A stretch of 64,000 nucleotides of DNA from Nitrospinales bacterium (GCA_965223345.1 CBDCWG010000012.1:2688001-2752000); one strand, 5' to 3'; numbered from the stretch's first letter, positions 37,442 through 49,721 are shown. Notes: generated by a model not told the origin, from the sequence alone. Made by a program: numbers and translations.

Positions 37442-38653
37442 TCAGTTGTTCTGCGGGTTGGAGTCGGTGGGTTCGGTTTTCTCTTCGGGGGGAGGCTCGG
37501 CTTGCGCCGAGTTGTTGGCGTTATTGTTGTTGCCGCTGTGATTGTTGTTGCTGTGATGGTTGTCGTTGTTGCCGGCAACTTGCTGTCCTTCCGTTCCGAA
37601 AGCCATGCTCTTGATCTGTTTCCATAAATCGCCTTTACGGGTCCAGATGTCCTGCTTCTCGATATTGTATTCGATGTCTTCCTTGATGTGCTGGTTGACT
37701 TTTTTCTCGATGAATTCCTTGGCCCGTGTGATGGCGTTTTTGATGGCCTTGGGCGACGAGCTGCCGTGCGCGATGATGCACACGCCGTTGACACCGAGCA
37801 GCGGCGCGCCGCCCGTTTCCGAGTAATCGACCTTTTTCTTGAACTCGGCGAAACGCGGTTTGAGCAAAAGATAACCCACCTTGCTCAGCCAGTTGCTCTG
37901 AAACAGCAGCTTGAGGTTGGTGCCGATCATCTCCGCGAGGCTTTCGGAAATCTTGAGCGCCACGTTGCCGGTGAACCCGTCGCAGACGATGACGTCGGCG
38001 TTGCCACGGTACACTTCTTTGCCTTCCAGGTTGCCGATGAAATTGATGTGGCTTTTTTTCAGCATCTGGAACACTTCCTTGGTGACCTCGTTGCCCTTGC
38101 CGTCTTCCTCGCCGATGCTCAGCAGGCCGACGCCGGGGTCTTCCTTGCCCAGGATGTATTTGGCGTACACATGCCCCATGATGCCGAACTGCACCAGCTG
38201 GCCGATCTTGCAATCCACGTTCGCGCCTGCGTCCAGAAGGATGGACGTTCCCTTGAGCGTCGGCAGGACGATGGCGATGGCCGGCCGGTCCACGCCTTTG
38301 AGCGGTCTCAGGATGAAGGTGCTGTAGGCCAGCACCGCTCCGGTGTTGCCGGCGCTGACGAAAGCCTCGGCCTCGCCGCTTTTCACCAGCTCCACGCCGA
38401 TCTTCATGGAGGATTTTTTCTTGTTGCGCAGGACCTTGGCGGGCACCTCGTGCATCTCCACCACTTCTTCTGCGTGCACCACTTCGATGGGCAGGTCCTT
38501 GCTGTCTTCGAATTTGGCGAGCTCTTCCTCGACCCGCTCTTCGATGCCGGTGAGGATGATTTCGGTGCCGTGTTCCCGGGCAGCGAGGACGGCTCCGGCC
38601 ACAACCGATTCGGGTGCGTGGTCTCCTCCCATGGCATCCACCACGATTTTCAT
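37442..38653 (-). CDS. plsX: Phosphate acyltransferase PlsX with a low-complexity C-terminal tail
   Basis: VDAMGGDHAP, SAGNTGA, LDAGAN, DGFTGN, HGSS. Confidence 0.96.
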   Translation of the reverse strand: MKIVVDAMGGDHAPESVVAGAVLAAREHGTEIILTGIEERVEEELAKFEDSKDLPIEVVHAEEVVEMHEVPAKVLRNKKKSSMKIGVELVKSGEAEAFVSAGNTGAVLAYSTFILRPLKGVDRPAIAIVLPTLKGTSILLDAGANVDCKIGQLVQFGIMGHVYAKYILGKEDPGVGLLSIGEEDGKGNEVTKEVFQMLKKSHINFIGNLEGKEVYRGNADVIVCDGFTGNVALKISESLAEMIGTNLKLLFQSNWLSKVGYLLLKPRFAEFKKKVDYSETGGAPLLGVNGVCIIAHGSSSPKAIKNAITRAKEFIEKKVNQHIKEDIEYNIEKQDIWTRKGDLWKQIKSMAFGTEGQQVAGNNDNHHSNNNHSGNNNNANNSAQAEPPPEEKTEPTDSNPQNN

Positions 38654-38888
38654 ATTGTCCGGTACTCCATCGATTCGGGTGTGTGATTTATTGAGGAAAC
38701 GGTTCGGTTCAGGCCCGCCGGATCGCCCGGTGGGAATGCTTCAGACTTGAGTGCTGCTCTGGTAAAAGGAAATAGCCCTTTCGGGCTCATCGGTGTTGCG
38801 TGTCCGGAAGGGCTCATGCCACCATGCGCCTTGCAGCGCCCTTCCCTGTCCGACCGCCACTGCGGTGGAACGGCAATGAACCGTATGG

Positions 38889-39071
38889 TCAGACGGCTTC
38901 GACCTCCATCACTTCCTTGCCTTTGTAAAATCCGCAATGCGGGCAGACGCGATGGGGTTGCTTGATTTCGTGGCATTGCGGACACTCGCCGTATCCGGGA
39001 ATGCTGAGCTTGTCGTGCGACCTCCGGTGGCCCTGCCGGGACTTGGAAGTCTTTTTCTTGGGAACAGCCAT
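38889..39071 (-). CDS. rpmF: 50S ribosomal protein L32 (Zn-binding type)
   Basis: [12 protein letters not shown]...CPQC...[12 protein letters not shown]. Confidence 0.97.
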   Translation of the reverse strand: MAVPKKKTSKSRQGHRRSHDKLSIPGYGECPQCHEIKQPHRVCPHCGFYKGKEVMEVEAV

Positions 39072-39203
39072 GATTTCTCCTTGATGTTGCAAACGCCTCA
39101 AACCGCCGGGGCAGACTGAATTTCCCCGCGTTGAGGCACCTTTATATTGTAACCTGTTTCCAGTCAGACCGGCATGGGAATTCGCCCCCGGTGCGAGGGG
39201 CAC

Positions 39204-39734
39204 TCATTTGAGCCGGTTTTTTAACGATTTTAAGACCTCCAGCCTGGGGTCCCCGGGAGGTTCCTTTGCGCAGGAACAGGTTTCCCGGTTGAGATTGACG
39301 CCGCATTGCGGGCACAGCCCGCGGCAGTCTTCCCGGCAGCGGGGCACCACGGGGACTTCCAGAAGGATCTGGTCGCGTATCGACCGGGAAAGGTCCACGC
39401 GGCCTTCGCTGAACGGTTCGACGTCGATGTCGCCGCCGTGCAGCTCCATCTCAGAATGCGCCGGTGCGCCGCCGTTTTCCGGAACGAAATGCGCGGCGGC
39501 CTTGCCGCTGACGGGAAACAGAAACGGTTCCAGACAGAGCGGGCAGACCAGGCGCAGCTCGGTCCTGAATTTGCCCTTGAAATACACCTCGGCTCCCACC
39601 CGGTTCAGCGTTCCGGACACCCACACGTCCTGGTTCAAGGCGCATTCGTTCTGGTCGATCTCGAACCGGTCCCGGCCCGCATGGGTTTCAAAATCCAGAC
39701 CCTCTTCAGGAATTTCGTCGATTTCAAAGAGCAT
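39204..39734 (-). CDS. yceD: DUF177/YceD family protein
   Basis: CPLCL, CREDCRGLCPQCG, DPRLEVL; canonical position upstream of rpmF. Confidence 0.9.
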   Translation of the reverse strand: MLFEIDEIPEEGLDFETHAGRDRFEIDQNECALNQDVWVSGTLNRVGAEVYFKGKFRTELRLVCPLCLEPFLFPVSGKAAAHFVPENGGAPAHSEMELHGGDIDVEPFSEGRVDLSRSIRDQILLEVPVVPRCREDCRGLCPQCGVNLNRETCSCAKEPPGDPRLEVLKSLKNRLK

Positions 39735-39863
39735 GACCTGGAACGAAGAGACTGGAAGTTTCAAGACCCCGCTCAGGCGGGAACCATCGGGAAGGAGTTA
39801 TTTTGCCGGATGTTATCTCTAATTAAAAACCCAGTCAAGGAAAATGTCGCTTTATAAATCCGC

Positions 39864-40745
39864 TCATTGCGACCGCGGATGGCAGCGGTCGTGCACAGCC
39901 AGCATCCTCTCTTTCAGGATGTGGGTGTAAATCTGGGTGGTGGAGATGTCGGCGTGCCCCAGCATCTCCTGAACCGCCCGCAGATCGGCCCCCCGCTCCA
40001 GCAGATGGGTGGCGAACGCGTGGCGCAGAGAATGCGGCGACAGGTCCGGTCCGATGCCCGCCTTGAGCGCGTACGTCTTGAGGGTTTTCCAGAACCCCTG
40101 CCGCGTCATCTTCCTTCCCAGGCGCGTGAGAAACAGCTCGACCGGCGGCACTCCCTTGATGAATGCGGGCCGCGCGGCATCCAGGTAGTGGCGCACGGCT
40201 TTAAGAGCCACCGAACCGATCGGCACGACCCGTTCCTTGGAGCCCTTTCCCAGTGTGCGCAGAAACCCCGCATCGAGATTCAGGTCGGTGATTTTCAGGG
40301 ACACCAGTTCGGAGACCCGCAGTCCGGTGGCGTACAACAGCTCCAGCATCGCCCGGTCCCTGAGGCCCAATGGCGTTTCCGCAGAAGGACCGGCCAGCAG
40401 GGTCTCCACCTGCTGCATCGAGATCACCTGCGGCAGATGACGCGCGGGTTTCGGGGATTCCAAAAGCTCGGCCGGGTTGGGGCCCTCCCCTGCCTCCTCG
40501 CCGCTGACAAAGCGGAAATAGGCTTTGATCGAGGACAGTGCGCGGGCGATGCTGGCCGGGCTCCGCCCCTGCTCCGCAAGGTGGGCCAGAAAAGCCCGGA
40601 TCGTGGAACCCGTCGCCGGAGAACCCGTGTTGTCGAGATAGCGGTGAAACCGGGTCAGGTCGCGCCGGTAGGCGTCCACCGTGTGGCGCGAGTGGCGCTT
40701 TTCGACAGTCAGAAAATTGGTGAATTCAGCGAGGGTGTCTTTCAT
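39864..40745 (-). CDS. xerD: Tyrosine recombinase XerD
   Basis: RDRAMLELLYATGLRVSEL, MTRQGFW, HSLRHAFATH, LGHADISTTQIY. Confidence 0.92.
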   Translation of the reverse strand: MKDTLAEFTNFLTVEKRHSRHTVDAYRRDLTRFHRYLDNTGSPATGSTIRAFLAHLAEQGRSPASIARALSSIKAYFRFVSGEEAGEGPNPAELLESPKPARHLPQVISMQQVETLLAGPSAETPLGLRDRAMLELLYATGLRVSELVSLKITDLNLDAGFLRTLGKGSKERVVPIGSVALKAVRHYLDAARPAFIKGVPPVELFLTRLGRKMTRQGFWKTLKTYALKAGIGPDLSPHSLRHAFATHLLERGADLRAVQEMLGHADISTTQIYTHILKERMLAVHDRCHPRSQ

Positions 40746-40995
40746 TGACTTTAATGTTATACTATTCAATCACTTATATTACAACTAAATCAGCCGGGAT
40801 AGCTTGACAGGCATCCTTGTTTCGGGGACGCCGGGTGAGCCGGATGGGTGAGAACCGGAGGGGCCGCGAAGCGTGAAAATTTCATAAATATTTGTTTTCA
40901 TTGACTTTTATGTGGGGTCATTTCCATTGCCCGCACCGTGAAAATAATGTAGAATCGCGCCGTCCTCAAAAAACTTCACCGAAATCGACAATTCC

Positions 40996-42006
40996 ATGGA
41001 AAAAACCACTCTCGTTCAGTTTGTTCGGAAACAGGAAAAGATCAACCCCCAGGCCACCGGTGAATTCACCAGTCTGATGAATGAAATGGTGGTGGCGGCC
41101 AAAATGGTCTCGCTCGAAGTGAACCGCGCCGGCATCGGCGAGGACATTCTGGGCCTCACCGGCAAGATGAACGTGTACGGTGAAGAGGTGCAGAAACTGG
41201 ATGCGTTCGCGGACATGATCTTCACCAAAATCATCGGCAAGTCCGGCACCGTCTGCGCGATCACCTCCGAAGAGCTGGAGTACCCGGTGATCATTCCTGA
41301 GGAAGACAATCCCGGCAAATATATATTCATGATGGACCCGCTCGACGGTTCGTCCAACATCGATGTCAACGTTCCCATCGGAACGATTTTTTCGATCTAC
41401 AAAAAGAAGAGTCCCGGAAGCCAGGTCACCGACGAAGACCTGATGCAGCGCGGCGACCAGCAGGTCGCGGCGGGTTACGTGCTTTACGGTTCGAGCACCA
41501 TGTTCATCTACACGTCGGGCAACGGCGTGCACGGATTCACCCTGGACCCCGCCTGCGGCGAGTTTTTCCTGTCGCATCCGAACATCCAGATTCCGCAACT
41601 GGGAACGACCTACAGCGTCAACGAGGGCAACACGGAAATCTGGGAAGAGGAACAGAAGAAGCTGGTGGCGTTCCTCAAAGACAAGGACCCGGAAACCAAG
41701 CGGCCCTACAAGCTGCGTTACATCGGCACCCTGGTCGCGGACTTTCACCGCACGCTGCTCAAGGGCGGCATCTTCATGTATCCGCGCGACACGAAAAACC
41801 GCGACGGGAAACTGCGCTATGCGTTCGAAGCCGCGCCGATGGCGTTCATCGTCGAAAATGCCGGCGGCATGGCCTCCACGGGCGAGCAGCGGATTCTCGA
41901 TGCCACGCCGGCGGATATCCACCAGTGCGTGCCGCTGTACATCGGCAGCCGGAAAAACATGGAGCTGGCGATGCAGCATCTTTCCGACAGCGCTCCGGTG
42001 GGTTGA
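40996..42006 (+). CDS. fbp: Fructose-1,6-bisphosphatase class I
   Basis: SEE, DPLDGSSNID, RYIGTLVADFHRTL, GKLR. Confidence 0.96.
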   Translation: MEKTTLVQFVRKQEKINPQATGEFTSLMNEMVVAAKMVSLEVNRAGIGEDILGLTGKMNVYGEEVQKLDAFADMIFTKIIGKSGTVCAITSEELEYPVIIPEEDNPGKYIFMMDPLDGSSNIDVNVPIGTIFSIYKKKSPGSQVTDEDLMQRGDQQVAAGYVLYGSSTMFIYTSGNGVHGFTLDPACGEFFLSHPNIQIPQLGTTYSVNEGNTEIWEEEQKKLVAFLKDKDPETKRPYKLRYIGTLVADFHRTLLKGGIFMYPRDTKNRDGKLRYAFEAAPMAFIVENAGGMASTGEQRILDATPADIHQCVPLYIGSRKNMELAMQHLSDSAPVG

Positions 42007-42138
42007 GGACGTCCTGACCGCGCAGCGTAAGCAAACCGTTTTTAAGTGCGCAGGCGTTAGCCCGCGCCGTGATGTTTGCATGCGGTTCCCACCGATCAGT
42101 TCAATGCAACCGGCAACCCCCAACGATTCCGATCCCAG

Positions 42139-43404
42139 ATGAAAATTCGAAGCATACGCGGCGTCAAAGACATCCTTCCCGATGAGGTGGGGAAATGGCA
42201 GTGGGTGGAACGGATCGCCCGTGAGGTGTTTTACCGGTACGGCTACAAGGAAATCCGTGTGCCGGTGTTCGAGAGCACCGGGTTGTTCGCCCGCAGCATC
42301 GGCGAGACCACCGACATCGTGGAAAAGGAAATGTACACGTTCACCGACCGCGGCGGCGAGCAGATCACGCTGCGTCCGGAAGGCACGGCGTCCGTGGTGC
42401 GCGCCTACATCGAACACAAGCTGTACAACCCGCCCTCGGTGCTGAAGCTGTACTATTTCGGCCCCATGTTCCGCTACGAACGGCCGCAGGCCGGCCGCTT
42501 CCGGCAGTTTTACCAGATCGGCGTCGAAGCGATGGGCTCCGACAACCCGATGGTCGATGTCGAAGTGATGACGCTGTTGATCGAGCTGTTCCGCCGGCTG
42601 GGACTGGAAGGGCTCGAATTGCAGATCAACAGCCTCGGTTGTCCCGAATGCCGGCCGCAGTACCGCGAGGTGCTGAAGGCGGCGATCCGCGAACACCTTT
42701 CCGATTTGTGCTCCAACTGCAACCAGCGCTATGAGCGCAACCCTCTGCGCGTGCTCGACTGCAAGGTGGAGCGCGACCGGGAAATCGCAAAGGGGCTGCC
42801 GAAAACCCAGGATCATCTGTGCGACGCCTGCCGGGAAAATTTCGCGGCGGTGCAGGCGCTGCTGATCGAGTCGGGCACTCCGTTTTCCATCAACCCGCTG
42901 CTGGTGCGGGGGCTGGATTATTATTCGCGCACCACGTTCGAAGTGATTTCCTCCGGGCTCGGGGCGCAAAACGCGCTGTGCGGCGGCGGCCGTTACGATT
43001 CCCTGGTCGAGGAGTTCGACGGGCCGCCCACGCCCTGTTTCGGCTTCGCTCTGGGAATGGAACGGCTGTTGTCGGTGATCCCGTTTGACAAGCTCGACGG
43101 CGTTCTCAATCCGCCGCCGGATGTGTTCGTGGTGGGGCTGGGCGAAGAAGCGAACCGCAGGGCGTTTCAAATCGTCCACGCGCTGCGCGCCGACGGCGTG
43201 GCGGCGGAGATGGACCACGACGGCGGCAGCATGAAAAGCCAGATGCGCAAAGCCAACCGGGTGCAAAGCCGCTACGCGCTGATTCTGGGAGAAAACGAAA
43301 TCCGCTCGGGAAAGTACCAGCTCAAAAACATGGCGGAAGGCGAGCAGAGCGAAATCGACGCGGCGAAACTATCGGAGGAATTGAGAAAAATCCTCGGCTC
43401 CTGA
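42139..43404 (+). CDS. hisS: Histidine-tRNA ligase
   Basis: LRPEGTA, FRYERPQAGRFRQF, LVRGLDYY, GGGRYD. Confidence 0.97.
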   Translation: MKIRSIRGVKDILPDEVGKWQWVERIAREVFYRYGYKEIRVPVFESTGLFARSIGETTDIVEKEMYTFTDRGGEQITLRPEGTASVVRAYIEHKLYNPPSVLKLYYFGPMFRYERPQAGRFRQFYQIGVEAMGSDNPMVDVEVMTLLIELFRRLGLEGLELQINSLGCPECRPQYREVLKAAIREHLSDLCSNCNQRYERNPLRVLDCKVERDREIAKGLPKTQDHLCDACRENFAAVQALLIESGTPFSINPLLVRGLDYYSRTTFEVISSGLGAQNALCGGGRYDSLVEEFDGPPTPCFGFALGMERLLSVIPFDKLDGVLNPPPDVFVVGLGEEANRRAFQIVHALRADGVAAEMDHDGGSMKSQMRKANRVQSRYALILGENEIRSGKYQLKNMAEGEQSEIDAAKLSEELRKILGS

Positions 43405-43439
43405 AACCGTTTCCGCATCCGGGCCGGGCCGTCTTGGCA

Positions 43440-43468
43440 TTGACCCCGCAGCGCTTGCGTGTTAAATT
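43440..43468 (+). promoter_or_regulatory. Putative sigma70 promoter of fur
   Basis: TTGACC-17 nt-TAAATT with extended TG. Confidence 0.5.
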
Positions 43469-43504
43469 ATCAAACACGCTATAACTGCTTGTAAGGTTGG
43501 AGCT

Positions 43505-43933
43505 ATGTCGAGTAAAGAGCTTGAAGTTCTCGAAGATTACATCGCCCAGAACAATCTGAAGATCACGCGGCAACGCCGCGCGGTGCTCAAGGCTTTTCTC
43601 GATTGCGAGGAACACGTGAGTGCGGAAGACCTGTACAACCTGGTCGCCGCCAACGAGCCGAAGGTGGGGCTCGCCACGGTGTACCGCACGCTATCCCTTT
43701 TGACCCAGAGCGGCCTGGCTTCGGAGCTGGATTTCGGCGACGGGCACAAGCGCTACGAGCACAAGTACATGCACGGCCACCACGATCACATGATCTGTAC
43801 CGAGTGCGGCAAGATCATCGAGTTCAACCATCCCCTCATCGAAAAATTCCAGGAAGAAGTGGCGGCGCGTAACGGCTTCACCATCACCTCGCACAAGCTG
43901 GATATGTTCGGCATCTGCAAGGAGTGCCGCTAG
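43505..43933 (+). CDS. fur: Fur-family transcriptional regulator
   Basis: TRQR, HVSAED, ATVYRTL, HHDHMICTECG, GICKEC. Confidence 0.93.
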   Translation: MSSKELEVLEDYIAQNNLKITRQRRAVLKAFLDCEEHVSAEDLYNLVAANEPKVGLATVYRTLSLLTQSGLASELDFGDGHKRYEHKYMHGHHDHMICTECGKIIEFNHPLIEKFQEEVAARNGFTITSHKLDMFGICKECR

Positions 43934-43969
43934 GCCCCCCTCACCGCTTCGCTTTTCTCTCTCAAACGA

Positions 43970-44920
43970 TCAGGTTCCCGCCGGTTCTTCGGACGCCTTG
44001 GGTGTGTCCTGTGCGGATTGGCTTTGCTTCGGGGCGGCTTTCAGGTCCGCGTACGACAGGGCGCAGCGGAAGCCGATGTAGTTGAAGATCTCGTTGATCA
44101 CCTGTCCGTAGGTGGTGACTTTGGGGAACACCCGGTTTTTGGGATGCAACCAGATGCGGTTGGTGATCCGCAACGCTCCGGCGGAGGAATCGAAGGCGCC
44201 GCCGCGGATCACCTTGTGCTCTCCGGTTTCCGGGCCTTTCGGGTTGTCCCTAGGTTCTTTGCGGTAAAACGGTTCGTACCAGTCCTCGATCCATTCCCAG
44301 ACGTTGCCCATCATGTCGTGCAGCCCGTACTGGTTCGGCTTTTTCCCGCCGACCGGGTGGGTCTGCTTGTCGGAATTGTCCTCGTACCAGGCGTACGCCT
44401 CGTCCATCAGGTTGCCCCAGTAATAACGTGACTGCGCGCCGCCGCGCGCCGCGTATTCCCATTCCGCTTCGGTGGGCAGACGGCAGGCGCCGCCGGATTT
44501 CTGCACGTACTCCTGCACGTCGTAAAAATTGACCTGCTCCACCGGCCGGTTCGGGTCGAGAAACTTGGACGGGTTGTAGCCCATCACCTTCTCCCATTCC
44601 TCCTGCGTCACCTCGTAACGGCCGAGATAAAAATCATCGACGCACACCTCGTGCTCGGGCCGCTCGTCTTCCTGGGCGTAGTCGTTGCCCATCTGGAAAC
44701 AACCGCCTTTGATGAACGCCATCCTGTCCGGTGCCTGCCCGGCTTTCTGCAGATCTTCGCCGGTGTACTGGATGGGCACCACTTTGGGGCCTGCGGGTTT
44801 TTTGGGGGCCGCGCTTTCAGCCGGGGGCGCGTCGTCCTTTCCGGCGGGGGCCGGGCTCTCGGAACAACCGTGCGCGAACAGAATCAGGATACTGAAAATA
44901 AAGAATTTAAGAGGCTTCAT
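43970..44920 (-). CDS. Formylglycine-generating-enzyme (FGE-sulfatase) domain lipoprotein
   Basis: Lipobox AHGC; RLPTEAEWEYAARG, GLHDMMGNVWEW, IGFRC. Confidence 0.88.
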   Translation of the reverse strand: MKPLKFFIFSILILFAHGCSESPAPAGKDDAPPAESAAPKKPAGPKVVPIQYTGEDLQKAGQAPDRMAFIKGGCFQMGNDYAQEDERPEHEVCVDDFYLGRYEVTQEEWEKVMGYNPSKFLDPNRPVEQVNFYDVQEYVQKSGGACRLPTEAEWEYAARGGAQSRYYWGNLMDEAYAWYEDNSDKQTHPVGGKKPNQYGLHDMMGNVWEWIEDWYEPFYRKEPRDNPKGPETGEHKVIRGGAFDSSAGALRITNRIWLHPKNRVFPKVTTYGQVINEIFNYIGFRCALSYADLKAAPKQSQSAQDTPKASEEPAGT

Positions 44921-45048
44921 GGTCCGGGACTGTTGGGAAATGAAAATTCTATCACGCCGGTCCGGTTTTACAAAAAAAAAGCAACGGCCCTCAAAATTCA
45001 GCGCTTTCTGCCGATAGGGAAGCGTAGGTTATTTAAATACGGGATTTT

Positions 45049-47442
45049 ATGGGAATTTGGCAAGCATTACGGCGGATTCGGTTCCGCGGAACCGGGCCGG
45101 CAATCCTCGCCCTTCTGCTGGCGGGCTGCGCCGCGCTGGAGCCGGAGAAACCCGCGCCGGCAGCGGCAGCGGCCGTCTCCGGGGAGTCCGAAACCGCACC
45201 GCCGGCGACAGCCGAAGTGGAGCTGCTGCCGCACGAGAAGGACCTCAAGGTGGCGCGCATGCAGTTCAACCGCCGGGAGTTCGATTCGGCGGAATTTTTT
45301 CTGCGCAAGGTGCTGATCCAGGCTCCGGAGGAGCCCCTGGCGCTGAAACTGCTGCCGCGCAGCTATTTTTTCCGCGGCGACATCCCGCGGGCGCTGGCGG
45401 CCTTTCAACGGCTGCACGCGGTTTTTCCGAAGGACCCGGACCCGTTCATCGGCGGGGGCTGGTGCCACCTCATCCTGAAACGCTACACGGAATCCCTGAA
45501 GGCGTTTGCGAAAGCGGAGTCCCTGCTGGGAGGGCCGACGCCGGAGACGCTCAAGGGCCGGGCGCTGGTCTACTGGCGGCAGAAACGGCGGGAGAAAGCC
45601 CTCGCCGAGTTTCAGAAGCTCTTTCAGCCGGAACAGATGGATTCCGTGCTGAACTACCTCAACGCGCTGGATGAATCGGTCTATTTCGATCTGTCGCCCG
45701 CCGATCCGGGCGCCCCTTCCCTGTTCGCGTTTCCCCCGCAGCAGCCGCGTTTCCCGGGTGCGTTGTGGAGCCTGGGTGAGGCGACCGAGGCGGAGCTGGA
45801 CGCGGCCTGGGCGTCTTACGACCGGCAATCCTACGGCAAGGCGCGGCAGGCGTTCGCCGATGAGCGGTTCGCGGGTTCCCTCGATGCGCGCAACGGACTG
45901 GCCTGGAGCTATCTTAAAGACAAGCAGATCCGCGAAGCGGAGACGGAGTTCAAGGCAATCCTCGCCGAATACCCGAATTTCATCGGCGCGGTGCGCGGCA
46001 TCCGCAAGGTGGACGCCCTGAAGATGAAAAAGGCGGGCTTCGGGCAGTATTATCTCGATCTCAACAAGATCCAGATCGCCGAGCGCAATTTCCGCGACCT
46101 GGCGCACGAGTTTCCGCAATGGGCGCACCCGCTGGTGCGGCTGGGCGAGATCGAAACGCGCAAGGGGAATCCTCAGGTAGCGCTCAAGCATTTTCACAAG
46201 GCGCTGGATCTGGAACCGGACAACGCCGATGCGCTGCGCGGGCTGGAAGCGGTGCACAAGCAGGTGGAACCCGAACTGTACGCCGGCGACCTGGCGCTCA
46301 AAAACGGCGACTACAAACAGGCGGCGCGCATCTTCTACGACTACATCGAACGCCAGAACAAACAGGATGCGTTGACTTCATCGCTGGCGCACGCTTACCA
46401 GGGCCTGGGATGGAGCCAGTTCAAAAAGGGACAGTACGCTCTCGCCATCGAGAAATTCGAGCGTTCCGGCCGGCACGCGTATTTCCGGAAGGACGCGGCG
46501 AAAGGGCTGGGGTTTTCCTACTACATGCTGGGCAAATTCGACGCGTCGGCGGATTACCTGCTGACGGCGAAACCGCAACGCGCGGACGGGGAAGCCGGAG
46601 ACATCACCTACAGGCTGGACTGGAGCATCCTGAAAGGCAGGCATCCGAAAAGCGCCGAGCGCTACTTTGAAAAGGAGCTCACCCGCGATCCGCTGCGCTC
46701 GTCGCTCTACATGGGCATGGGCTGGGTGCAGTACAACAAGGGTAATGCCGATCTGGCGGTGGAGTATTTTCTCAAGTCGATCTCGCTCGACCCCGCCGCG
46801 GCGGAATCGCAGGAGTTCACGGAGTTTCTCGAACAGCAGCGCTTCGGCTGGCAGATTTTAAACCGGCTCGGTTGGGCGTATTTTCAACAGCAGGACTATC
46901 ACAACTCGCTGCGCCTGTTCGAGCTCTCCCTCAACGAGCAGCCGGAAAGATCCGAGGCACACCAGGGCGTCGGCTACAATATGTTCCGTTTGGGCAAATA
47001 CAAAACCGCGGCGGCGTACCTGAAACGCACGCTGAACCTCAATCCGGAACCGGTTGCGGTGACGGAGACCCTGCCCTACCCGACGCGCGGCATGGAATTC
47101 ACCACACGCACGTCCGTACGCGGCAAGCTGGCGCGCGCCTACCACGAGCTGGGCCTGTATGCGGAAGCGGTTGCGCTCTATCAGGAAGCGCTCAGCCGCG
47201 ACCCGCAGCGCGCCGACACCCATGAAGGGATGGGGTGGACCCTCCTCAAACTCAACCGCCTGGCCGAGTCCCGAGCGGCCTTCACCCGCGCCCTGCGCCT
47301 GGATCCTTTGAACCCGTTCGCGGACAAGGGATTGACGCAGGTAAAACAACTGGTTGCGACCAAAAACCTGCGCGAGAACAAGGCCCTTTCCGTGCGCCAG
47401 ATCGTCAAGAAAACACGCCAGGAAATGGTTGGTCCGAATTAG
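45049..47442 (+). CDS. Tetratricopeptide-repeat lipoprotein
   Basis: Lipobox LLAGC; many TPR units with G(L/M)GW signature. Confidence 0.85.
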   Translation: MGIWQALRRIRFRGTGPAILALLLAGCAALEPEKPAPAAAAAVSGESETAPPATAEVELLPHEKDLKVARMQFNRREFDSAEFFLRKVLIQAPEEPLALKLLPRSYFFRGDIPRALAAFQRLHAVFPKDPDPFIGGGWCHLILKRYTESLKAFAKAESLLGGPTPETLKGRALVYWRQKRREKALAEFQKLFQPEQMDSVLNYLNALDESVYFDLSPADPGAPSLFAFPPQQPRFPGALWSLGEATEAELDAAWASYDRQSYGKARQAFADERFAGSLDARNGLAWSYLKDKQIREAETEFKAILAEYPNFIGAVRGIRKVDALKMKKAGFGQYYLDLNKIQIAERNFRDLAHEFPQWAHPLVRLGEIETRKGNPQVALKHFHKALDLEPDNADALRGLEAVHKQVEPELYAGDLALKNGDYKQAARIFYDYIERQNKQDALTSSLAHAYQGLGWSQFKKGQYALAIEKFERSGRHAYFRKDAAKGLGFSYYMLGKFDASADYLLTAKPQRADGEAGDITYRLDWSILKGRHPKSAERYFEKELTRDPLRSSLYMGMGWVQYNKGNADLAVEYFLKSISLDPAAAESQEFTEFLEQQRFGWQILNRLGWAYFQQQDYHNSLRLFELSLNEQPERSEAHQGVGYNMFRLGKYKTAAAYLKRTLNLNPEPVAVTETLPYPTRGMEFTTRTSVRGKLARAYHELGLYAEAVALYQEALSRDPQRADTHEGMGWTLLKLNRLAESRAAFTRALRLDPLNPFADKGLTQVKQLVATKNLRENKALSVRQIVKKTRQEMVGPN

Positions 47443-47482
47443 CGAAAAAACGTGTATTAGAAACAAAATCAAAACTTTTGAA

Positions 47483-47510
47483 TTGACAATCGCAAGGAAA
47501 TTGCTAAAAT
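47483..47510 (+). promoter_or_regulatory. Sigma70 promoter with no downstream plus-strand CDS
   Basis: TTGACA-16 nt-TAAAAT with extended TG, located between convergent genes. Confidence 0.55.
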
Positions 47511-47516
47511 GGATTT

Positions 47517-47685
47517 CTAATTTCCGAACGATTCTCAACGCAATTACAAGCGCTCGTGCATTGGGGGAGGGAGGGGTACCTTTCTCTTTTCACATAGTGT
47601 GGAAAGTCATGGAGTTGAGCCGCAAGGTCGACTCCATGATCCCATCATCTTCTTTCGTTCCCGCCTGATTCTCTTTTTTCCCATT
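47517..47685 (+). ncRNA. Candidate structured small RNA (family not recognised)
   Basis: Promoter upstream; three hairpins with G-U pairs; GCAA tetraloop; U-rich 3' end. Confidence 0.35.
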
Positions 47686-47713
47686 TGAAACTTCATACCG
47701 CCGGAGTGCGTTT

Positions 47714-49693
<1,980 letters not shown>

Positions 49694-49721
49694 CGAAAAG
49701 TCTCCAAAGCAAAAAGGCGGG

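Noticed and set aside
38768..38800. Hammerhead-like CCGATGA-GCCC-GAAA-GGGC on the minus strand
   Set aside because: Core is CCGAUGA rather than CUGANGA, and the required GAAA after stem II is absent.
39864..40745. Tyrosine recombinase as an island or prophage integrase
   Set aside because: XerD-type signature and housekeeping neighbours; no att sites, tRNA or phage genes.
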